16,556 nucleotides of DNA from Candidatus Micrarchaeia archaeon (GTDB lineage: Archaea > Micrarchaeota > Micrarchaeia > Burarchaeales > JACRGF01). Shown one piece after another: positions 1-6,714 of the stretch (position 1 is its first letter; every line of letters begins with the position of its first letter). The translations under genes and the position numbers were made by a program. The stretch covers positions 11,607 through 28,162 of the forward strand of contig JAWCPB010000013.1 in the NCBI GenBank assembly GCA_038870455.1, in the 5' to 3' direction. The notes beneath the pieces are model-generated. The model was not told the origin of the DNA and did not search any database. It worked only from the letters and a program-made list of their open reading frames with translations.

Positions 1-108
1 CTCTAATGTGGTTCTGGCGATGGGGCGGAAGGGCGAGAAGGAGGGCGAGGGGGAGGGCTGGAAGGAGCTCGGAATAGGCTCATTCCCGTAGTCGGCTCTG
101 TTGCAGAC

Positions 109-1224
109 ATGCTGAAGGGGGGCGTTTGGGTTCCCGTTGGCGCTGCGGAACTTGGGCTGGACCTCTACACTCTCGGAACCTCGAAGCTCGTCATTCAGGG
201 AGGAAAAATTATCCTGAAGGCGCTTGGGAAAGAGGCCGTGAAAGAAGTTGGCGAGGTGGTGACAAAAGAAGGGCTGGAGATGACTGCGAGGGAGCTCGTC
301 GAGCAGGTGGCGAAAGTGGGGGGAAAGGAGCTCGCGAAGGAAGAGAAGGAGAAGATTGTCTGGAAAGTCAGCGAGGCGCTCGGCAAGCAGTTCAAGCAAG
401 TTCCGAAGGAAGTTGTTGAGAAGGAAATAGTCAAGGCGATTGAGGCGGTAAAGAAATTCGTTCCGGAAGGCCTTCAGGAAATCGCGGAAAAGAACGCGCT
501 GGACCCCACTTGGCTGGACGAAGCAAATGCTGCAGTGAAGAAACTCACGGCTGGAAGGGCTTTGGCAAGGCAAGAAACTGAGAGCACGTTCCTCTCCCTG
601 TGCAAGGAGCTGGGCTGGAGCGATGAAGTAGCCAAGAAGTATGCGGACGCGATTCTTACTCTAGTGGACGTCACGGAGAGAAGCGGCTACACCGCCTACG
701 GGCACACACTTAGGACAATGAAATACATGGATGTGGTCTTAAGGGAGTTCCCGGAACTAAGCGCGGCGGAAAAGGCTAGGATGAAACTAGCGGCGCTCAT
801 TCATGACGTGGGAAAAGTCGGGGTGGACAACAATGTCTGGAGGAAAGTGGGTGAACTCAAGCCATTAGAAAGAGAGCAGATCGCCAAACATGCGGACTAC
901 ACGAAAGACGTGCTTAGACAGGCTTTTTCTTCGCTGAGGGGCGTAAACGAGAAAGAGTTTCAGGAAATCGTCGAACTGGCTGCTGGACACCACTTGAAGC
1001 CCGGCCAGGCAAAGCTCGGCTCTCAAATTATGGCGATTCTTGATCACTTTGATGCTGCGACTAGTCCAAGAGTGTACAGAAACGCTACCGACGTTTCGGG
1101 TGCGTTTATGCAGATAAAACACGATACGAACAAATTCGGGAAATACGACGCTTCGCTGGTTGACAAGGTAGAAGGTATAATTCGAAGGAATTCACAACAA
1201 ATTGAAATCATTGCTCCAAAATGA
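109..1224 (+). CDS. HD-GYP-like metal-dependent phosphohydrolase (GYP loop absent) with long helical N-terminal region; true start possibly ATG at 20 via a frameshift
   Basis: Motifs GHTLR, AALIHDVGKVG, KH, GHH, ILDHFDAATSPRVYR and YDASLV follow the HD-GYP (HD_5) consensus order. The HHExxDGxGYP segment is reduced to HHLKPGQAK. Confidence 0.8.
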   Translation: MLKGGVWVPVGAAELGLDLYTLGTSKLVIQGGKIILKALGKEAVKEVGEVVTKEGLEMTARELVEQVAKVGGKELAKEEKEKIVWKVSEALGKQFKQVPKEVVEKEIVKAIEAVKKFVPEGLQEIAEKNALDPTWLDEANAAVKKLTAGRALARQETESTFLSLCKELGWSDEVAKKYADAILTLVDVTERSGYTAYGHTLRTMKYMDVVLREFPELSAAEKARMKLAALIHDVGKVGVDNNVWRKVGELKPLEREQIAKHADYTKDVLRQAFSSLRGVNEKEFQEIVELAAGHHLKPGQAKLGSQIMAILDHFDAATSPRVYRNATDVSGAFMQIKHDTNKFGKYDASLVDKVEGIIRRNSQQIEIIAPK

Positions 1225-1818
1225 TTACCTTACAGCGTTTTCACTTATAGGCCCCCAAATCGCTCTAAGGATTTCGCTGCTTCTCCCTTGTGCTTCTGCT
1301 TCCTCATGAAGCTCGGTAAGAATTTTTTCGGCGTCTCCCCAAAAAATATAGTAATACCCCAATGCGATCGCGGCCTTTTCCACAATCTCTATGTCGTTTT
1401 CTTTCTTAATCACGTCAATTAGCATCTCTCTTGTGCGGAACCCGGTTCCGGATGAAATAAGCTCTTTTGCCCAAGCTGCATGTTCTGGAAACAGCTCTTC
1501 ACCTATATCAGACAGAGCTGTCACGATAGACTTCTTTACTCTCAGTTCTTTTTCTTGTTTAAGAGTGTCCAGCAAAGCGTCAATGGCTTTCCAGTACCCC
1601 AAGTCTCCGATTGCTTTAGCTGCTTGACTGCGTTCTTCTTTATCCTTGCTTTTCAGTTGCTTAAGAAGTTCAGTCAGTCTCTGCTGCCCTATCTCAGAGT
1701 TTCTCCACTCCTCTCTCTCATTTAGGATAGGTCTTTGCACTCTAGCAAACTTGTCCCAAATCTCTTTTTTTTGTGGCGGTGCCTTTTCAGCTTCCCGCCC
1801 CTTAATGACCGTGCTCAT
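1225..1818 (-). CDS. HEAT-repeat (PBS lyase-like) protein
   Basis: Contains LKSKDKEERSQAAKAIGDLG, ALLDTLKQEKELRVKKSIVTALSDIG and LIDVIKKENDIEIVEKAAIALG. ATG at 1818 is preferred over TTG at 1869 because a BRE/TATA lies ~24 nt upstream of it. Confidence 0.75.
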   Translation of the reverse strand: MSTVIKGREAEKAPPQKKEIWDKFARVQRPILNEREEWRNSEIGQQRLTELLKQLKSKDKEERSQAAKAIGDLGYWKAIDALLDTLKQEKELRVKKSIVTALSDIGEELFPEHAAWAKELISSGTGFRTREMLIDVIKKENDIEIVEKAAIALGYYYIFWGDAEKILTELHEEAEAQGRSSEILRAIWGPISENAVR

Positions 1819-1836
1819 GCAACCAATTGTGGTTGC
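1819..1836. promoter_or_regulatory. Perfect 7-bp inverted repeat, candidate operator
   Basis: GCAACCA-attg-TGGTTGC lies between the TATA box and the start codon of the HEAT gene. Confidence 0.45.
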
Positions 1837-1840
1837 GGCT

Positions 1841-1857
1841 TTATTTAAGCGTTTCCA
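1841..1857 (-). promoter_or_regulatory. Archaeal BRE/TATA promoter of the HEAT gene (leaderless)
   Basis: Minus strand reads GGAAACGC-TTAAATAA, ending ~24 nt before ATG 1818. Confidence 0.6.
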
Positions 1858-1947
1858 GGAGCCAAACAATAATGTAAGTCAGGGCTTTGCCTGACATGCT
1901 TCAAGTGATTATCGCGTCAGTCCGTCGATCGGGACGGGAAAGCGCGC

Positions 1948-2060
1948 TCAGGCGCGGGGAAGGTGAAGCGAGAACGTGGTGCCGGCTCCAGAAGCCGAAT
2001 GCACGGTAATGCTGCCGCTGTGCTGTTCGATCACGAGCCTGCCACGTGCAGGCCGCCTGC
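1948..2060 (-). pseudogene. Remnant of a sensor histidine kinase HATPase_c C-terminus
   Basis: Minus strand 2037-1948 translates LVIEQHSGSITVHSASGAGTTFSLHLPRA*. The adjacent frame upstream gives AGGLHVA, a G2-box-like segment one base out of frame. Confidence 0.65.
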
Positions 2061-2125
2061 GGGCCGTTCATCTCAAGCCTCCTCGCTCGCCTCGACGCTC
2101 TCGCATTCCTGGCGGGCCTCCCTCC

Positions 2126-2151
2126 CAGAAACTTATTTAAAGTCTTTTTCG
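2126..2151. promoter_or_regulatory. Overlapping bidirectional BRE/TATA promoter; plus strand likely drives the ribosomal operon
   Basis: Plus strand reads CAGAAAC-TTATTTAAA and minus strand reads CGAAAAAG-AC-TTTAAATA. This is an AT-rich island in GC-rich flanks. Confidence 0.6.
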
Positions 2152-2164
2152 CCTAATTTCATTC

Positions 2165-2320
2165 GCTTTCGTTGAATGCGCAAAGCATTTTTTGCTTTGG
2201 AAAGAAACTGGATTCGGCTTCCTCTCGAAGCGCGGCCGTTTGCGTACACTCAACGGGAGCAGAAAGCGGCGGGAGCAGGCTTTCACCCTCAGCCCATTCC
2301 ACCGTTTTGAGGCGGCAATC
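2165..2320 (+). ncRNA. Candidate structured 5' leader RNA of the L3/L4 operon
   Basis: Hand-found stems: 2165-2175/2250-2260, 2177-2184/2239-2246, 2181-2187/2193-2199, and a second long hairpin 2263-2308 abutting the SD. Confidence 0.5.
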
Positions 2321-3292
2321 ATGGCAAAGATTCGCTCGCACCGTCACGGCTCGCTGGCCTTCCGGCCGAGGAAAAGGGCAGCGGAGCTCAGCCCGAGGAT
2401 AAAGACGTGGCCGGCCGTGGGCGAGGCCGTGCCGCTCGCGTTCGCAGGCTTCAAGGCCGGCATGACCCGCGTGGCGTTGATTGACGACTCGAATTCCCCT
2501 TCCAAGGGCTTTGAAATCGCCGTGCCCGCCACGGTGGTGGAAACGCCCCCCCTCCTTGTCTACGGCATCCGCGCGTATGTGAGAGCGGCCGACGGGACGA
2601 AACGCGTTCTCTCAGACGGGCTCGTTTCCGACGAAAAGCTCCTCAAGCCGCTGGGTCTCAAGCCGAACAAGGGCATGGAGAAGATAGAAAAGGCCGCTGG
2701 CGAATTGATTGACGTTTCTCTCCTCGCTGCCGTCCAGCCCGGCAAGACCGGCGTGGGGCGGAAGAAGCCCTTTTTCGTCGAGGTGGGCATCGGCGGAACT
2801 CAGGAGGCAAAGCTCGCGCACGCGAAAAGCCTTTTGGGCAAAGAGCTACACGCGAGAGACGTTTTCAAGGAAGGCGAGTTCGTCGACGCCATCGCGGTGT
2901 CGAAGGGAAAGGGCTGGCAGGGTGCTGTCAAGCGCTTCGGCGTGCACCTTCAGAGGAGGAAGGCGACCGGCAGGCGCAGGCACGTTGGAACGCTCGGCCC
3001 GTGGCATCCCGCGAAGGTGATGTACACCGCGCCGCAGGCAGGCCAGACCGGCTTCCACCGCCGCACGCAGCTCAACAACCGCATTCTCAAAATCGGGGAA
3101 AAAGGCGAGGAAATCGTTCCGAATGGAGGTTTTCTCCGCTACGGCGTTGTGAAAAACCCCTATATCCTGCTCAAGGGCTCGTTGATAGGAACCAGGAAGA
3201 GGCTCATTCTCCTCCGCAAGTCCCTCAGGCTGCGGGAAGCGAAAAAGCCTGAAATAAAGTTCGTCTCAACTTCAAGCATGCAGGGTGGATGA
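2321..3292 (+). CDS. rpl3: 50S ribosomal protein uL3
   Basis: HRHGSLAFRPRKRA, FAGFKAGMT, SKGKGWQGAVKRFG, RHVGTLGPWHP, GQTGFHRRT. ATG 2321 follows a GAGGCGG SD. Confidence 0.98.
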   Translation: MAKIRSHRHGSLAFRPRKRAAELSPRIKTWPAVGEAVPLAFAGFKAGMTRVALIDDSNSPSKGFEIAVPATVVETPPLLVYGIRAYVRAADGTKRVLSDGLVSDEKLLKPLGLKPNKGMEKIEKAAGELIDVSLLAAVQPGKTGVGRKKPFFVEVGIGGTQEAKLAHAKSLLGKELHARDVFKEGEFVDAIAVSKGKGWQGAVKRFGVHLQRRKATGRRRHVGTLGPWHPAKVMYTAPQAGQTGFHRRTQLNNRILKIGEKGEEIVPNGGFLRYGVVKNPYILLKGSLIGTRKRLILLRKSLRLREAKKPEIKFVSTSSMQGG

Positions 3293-4080
3293 ACTTGAAA
3301 ACCGATGTGCTGTCAGTTGACGGAAAAGCGGTGGGGAGCGTCTCCCTGCCGCCGGTGTTTTCAGCGAGCATCCGCCCGGACCTCATCAGGCGCGCCGTGC
3401 TCGCCGAGCAGACGCGCGCGCTCCAGCCCAAGGGCGCCTTCCCGCTCGCCGGCCTGCAGACCACTGCCGAGTACAAGGGAAGGAAAGAGGATTACAGAAG
3501 CATAAAGAACAGGGGAATATCGCGCCTTCCGAGGGAAAAGCTTCCCAAAGGCCGCTTCGGCAGGGTGCGCATCGTGCCCTTTTCGGTAAAGGGAAGGCGC
3601 GCCCACCCGCCCAAGCCCGAAAAAAAGCTTGTCGAGCTCATCAACGAAAAGGAGAGGAGGAAAGCGATTGCGAGCGCGCTCGCCGCGACCGCGAGCGCGG
3701 ACGCAGTCAGGGCAAGGGGACACGAGGTGAACGGACTCAAGCTTCCGATTGTTGTAGAAAACAAGCTGGAGGAACTCGCGAAGACGCGCGATGTGGAAAC
3801 CGTGCTTCACACACTCGGCTTCTCGAAAGACCTCGCCCGCTCCGCACACAGCAGGCGCGCCCGGGGCGGCAGGCGCGGCGGGCACAGGGAAAGAAAGAGC
3901 GTGCTGATAATCGTCGGAGAGGACAAGGGCATTCTGCGCGCGGCGCGCAACATTCCGGGCGTTGACGCCGTGCTTGCCGGCGAGCTGTCCGCGCGCGCGC
4001 TCGCGCCCGGCGGGCTCCCGGGCAGGCTCGCGCTCTACACCGAGAGCGCGCTGGCCAAACTCAACGAGCTGGGTGGTTAA
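3289..4080 (+). CDS. rpl4: 50S ribosomal protein uL4
   Basis: IRPDLIRRAV, RGISRLPR, GRRAHPPK, INEKERRKA, AARNIPGVD, LAPGGLPGRL. Confidence 0.97.
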   Translation: MNLKTDVLSVDGKAVGSVSLPPVFSASIRPDLIRRAVLAEQTRALQPKGAFPLAGLQTTAEYKGRKEDYRSIKNRGISRLPREKLPKGRFGRVRIVPFSVKGRRAHPPKPEKKLVELINEKERRKAIASALAATASADAVRARGHEVNGLKLPIVVENKLEELAKTRDVETVLHTLGFSKDLARSAHSRRARGGRRGGHRERKSVLIIVGEDKGILRAARNIPGVDAVLAGELSARALAPGGLPGRLALYTESALAKLNELGG

Positions 4081-4329
4081 ATGGCTCTCCTCTACCCAAT
4101 AACAACCGAGAAGGCGGTTTCGCTCATCGAGAGGGAGAACAAAATAGTTTTCATAGTTGATGCGCGCGCGAGCAAGGCGGACATCAAGGAAGAGGTTGAG
4201 AGGAGGTTCGGCGTGCGCGTGCAGAGCGTGAACACGCTGCTCACCCCCACGGGAAAGAAAAAGGCTTTCGTGCGCGTGGCCAAGGGCTTCAGGGCCGACG
4301 ACATCGCTGCAAAGCTCAAGATTGCTTAA
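4081..4329 (+). CDS. rpl23: 50S ribosomal protein uL23
   Basis: YPITTEKA, ENKIVFIVD, VNTLLTPTGKKKAFVR. Confidence 0.97.
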   Translation: MALLYPITTEKAVSLIERENKIVFIVDARASKADIKEEVERRFGVRVQSVNTLLTPTGKKKAFVRVAKGFRADDIAAKLKIA

Positions 4330-4338
4330 GGTGGAAAA

Positions 4339-5106
4339 ATGGGAAAGATGCTGAGGCAACAGAGGCGCGGCAAGGGCTCGCCCGCCTACAGGGCGCCCAG
4401 CCACCGCTTTAAGGCCGACGTTGCCTTCAGGCCTTATGACGAGATAGAGAAGAACTCAGCGCTCAAGGGCGTCGTGGTGGGCTTCGTGGACGACCCGGCG
4501 AGGAGCGCGCCGCTCATGGAAGTGCTGTTCGACAACAACGAGCGCCTCCTGCTCATCGCCCCGGAGGGAATAAAGGAAGGTGATGTGGTGAGCGCCGGCG
4601 CGGCGAGCGACGTCCGCCCCGGCAGCATCCTCCCACTCGCCAACATCCCCGACGGCATGCCCGTGTACGCCATCGAGTGCGCGCCCGGTGACGGGGGCAA
4701 GCTCGTCCGCACGGCCGGAAGCGCCGCCTTCGTCGTCTCGCGCGAGGGCGACGAGGTTCTCATCCGCCTGCCGAGCAAGTCCGTGCGCGCTTTCGACGCT
4801 CGCTGCAGAGCACAGGTTGGAGTGGTAGCGGGCGGAGGCCGGCTCGAGCTTCCCTTCATGAAGGCTGGCGCGGCTCACTACGCCATGCGCGCGCGCAACA
4901 AGGCATGGCCTCACGTGCGCGGCGTGGCGATGAACCCGTACAACCACCCGTTCGGCGGCGTGCAGCACCACAAGGGAAGAGGCAGCGCGGTCGCGCGCGG
5001 CACCCCACCAGGCAGGAAGGTGGGCCACCTTGCGGCACGCTCGCTGGGAAGAAAAAGCGCGCAGAAGCAGGCGCTCAAGCAGGGAGAGGAGGGCAAAACC
5101 TCCTAG
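4339..5106 (+). CDS. rpl2: 50S ribosomal protein uL2
   Basis: MGKMLRQQRRGKG, PGDGGKLVRTAG, WPHVRGVAMNPYNHPFGG, PPGRKVG. Confidence 0.98.
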   Translation: MGKMLRQQRRGKGSPAYRAPSHRFKADVAFRPYDEIEKNSALKGVVVGFVDDPARSAPLMEVLFDNNERLLLIAPEGIKEGDVVSAGAASDVRPGSILPLANIPDGMPVYAIECAPGDGGKLVRTAGSAAFVVSREGDEVLIRLPSKSVRAFDARCRAQVGVVAGGGRLELPFMKAGAAHYAMRARNKAWPHVRGVAMNPYNHPFGGVQHHKGRGSAVARGTPPGRKVGHLAARSLGRKSAQKQALKQGEEGKTS

Positions 5107-5115
5107 AGTGTTCGC

Positions 5116-5517
5116 ATGGCAAGAAAATTCACTTTCCGCGGAAAGACGATCGAAGAACTCCGCTCGATTCCCATCGCGGACTTCACGGCCTTCCTCAAGG
5201 CGAGGGCCAGGAGGGCGGTCCGTCGCGCCAGCGTGCGGTATAAGAAGTTGCTCGAGAAAATCAATGCAGCGAGGCGGCTCAAGGCCGAGGGCAAGGAAAA
5301 GGTTGTGAGGACGCACGCGCGCGACGCGGTCATCCTGCCCGACTGGGTCGGGCTCAAGTTCGCGGTGCACAACGGCAAGGAGTTCAAGCCCGTTGAGATA
5401 AAGGAGGAGATGATAGGGCGTAGGCTCGGCGAATTCTCGCACTCCACCGGCCGCGTGATTCACTCTGGCCCCGGAGTCGGAGCCACGCGGGGCAGCAAGT
5501 TCATTCCGCTCAAGTGA
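5116..5517 (+). CDS. rps19: 30S ribosomal protein uS19
   Basis: FTFRGKTIEEL, VRTHARD, VHNGKEF, MIGRRLGEFS, HSGPGVGATRGSKFIPLK. Confidence 0.98.
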   Translation: MARKFTFRGKTIEELRSIPIADFTAFLKARARRAVRRASVRYKKLLEKINAARRLKAEGKEKVVRTHARDAVILPDWVGLKFAVHNGKEFKPVEIKEEMIGRRLGEFSHSTGRVIHSGPGVGATRGSKFIPLK

Positions 5518-5521
5518 TGAT

Positions 5522-6046
5522 ATGCCAGAATTCGGTTATTCCTGGAGCACTGGGGCGCGGCACGCCAAGGCGATGGGAATCGACATAAACGCGAGCTACA
5601 AGGACCTCTCCCAAGTGTGCGCCGCCATAAAGGGAAAGACCGCAGACGCCGCCAGATCGCTGCTCGAGAAGGCGAGTGCCGGCGAGGTCCCCATTCTCTT
5701 CAAGAGGTTCAACAAGAAGCTGGGCCACAGGAGGGAGCTCGGCGGGCGGAAGGGAAGGTGGCCGAGAAAGGCTGCCTCCGAGGTGCTCAAGGTGCTCGAG
5801 AACGCTGCTGCAAACGCTTCCTTCAAGGGCTTGGGCGAGCCGCTGCTCGTCGCGCACGCGTGCGCCAACAAGATGGGCGTACTGCCGCGCCTGCAGAGCA
5901 AGGGCAGGCGCATCCGCAGCGACCTCGAGACCGCCAAGGTCGAGGTCATTCTCGTCGAAGCGCCGGGCGCCAAGCCCGTTGCGAGAAAGGAAGAGAAGAA
6001 GGAGAAAAAAGAGGAGAGGAAGGAGAAAATCAAGGCGGTTGCCTAG
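5522..6046 (+). CDS. rpl22: 50S ribosomal protein uL22
   Basis: GHRR...GRWPRKAA, LENAAANASFKG, and operon position. Has a Lys/Glu-rich C-terminal tail. Confidence 0.95.
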   Translation: MPEFGYSWSTGARHAKAMGIDINASYKDLSQVCAAIKGKTADAARSLLEKASAGEVPILFKRFNKKLGHRRELGGRKGRWPRKAASEVLKVLENAAANASFKGLGEPLLVAHACANKMGVLPRLQSKGRRIRSDLETAKVEVILVEAPGAKPVARKEEKKEKKEERKEKIKAVA

Positions 6047-6054
6047 TGATAACA

Positions 6055-6714
6055 ATGGCCGTTGAGAGAAAATTCATCGAGGACGCAATCGCGCGCTTTA
6101 AGGTAGCGAACTTCCTGGAGAAGGAGCTCGACAGGGCGGGCTTCTCGCGCGTAGAAATACAGCGCACGCCCATGGTCACGCGCATCGCCGTCGAGGTCAC
6201 CAACCCAGGCCGCGTGATAGGCAAAAAAGGCCGCTCGATCCGCGACCTGACCGACGCCGTGCAGAGCGAGTTCAGCATTGACAACCCGCAGATCAGCGTG
6301 GTCGATGTGGCGAGCCCCGACCTCGAGCCCCGCCTCGTCGCAAAACGGGTGGTCAAGCTCATCGAGATGGGAAAGAACACGCGGAGCACCCTGCACGCCG
6401 CCCTCAAGACAGTCATGAGCGCCGGCGCGCTCGGAGCCGAAATCGTGGCGAGCGGCAAAATAGCCGCGAAAGGAGGCAGGGCGCGCTCGCTGCGCGTGAG
6501 CGCCGGCTACATCCCAAAAGCCGGAGAGCCGGCGCGCTCGGTGCGCGTGGCGCACGTCACGGCCTACCCCAAGAGCGGCGCCATCGGCGTGCTCGTGCGC
6601 ATCGTGCCGCCGGGCACGGAATTCCCGGACAAGAAAGTTCTCAAGCCCGTGGAGCTTCCGCGCGTGATAAGCGAGGCAGAGGAAACGCTTCCGCAGGCGA
6701 AGGAGGTTGAGTGA
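6055..6714 (+). CDS. rps3: 30S ribosomal protein uS3
   Basis: MAVERKFI, ELDRAGFS, PGRVIGKKG (KH motif), AGALGAEIVASGK. Confidence 0.97.
   Translation: MAVERKFIEDAIARFKVANFLEKELDRAGFSRVEIQRTPMVTRIAVEVTNPGRVIGKKGRSIRDLTDAVQSEFSIDNPQISVVDVASPDLEPRLVAKRVVKLIEMGKNTRSTLHAALKTVMSAGALGAEIVASGKIAAKGGRARSLRVSAGYIPKAGEPARSVRVAHVTAYPKSGAIGVLVRIVPPGTEFPDKKVLKPVELPRVISEAEETLPQAKEVE

Noticed and set aside
1878-1895. Hairpin GTCAGG-N6-CCTGAC
   Set aside because: A 6-bp stem without a U-tract could easily arise by chance.
1963-2175. 70-aa plus-strand ORF
   Set aside because: It is antisense to the kinase remnant, runs through the promoter, and has no protein-like features.
2165-2310. tRNA, 5S rRNA, SRP or RNase P RNA
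   Set aside because: No cloverleaf with a properly placed T-loop and none of the conserved motifs of these RNAs were recognised.
2192-2320. 43-aa N-terminal extension of L3 in the ORF track
   Set aside because: Homology begins at MAKIRSHRHGS (2321), which has an SD. The upstream sequence is better explained as a leader.
5617-6054. Long N-terminal extensions of S3 (and likewise S17, S4e, S14, S8) in the ORF track
   Set aside because: They overlap the upstream genes. The true starts match homolog N-termini.
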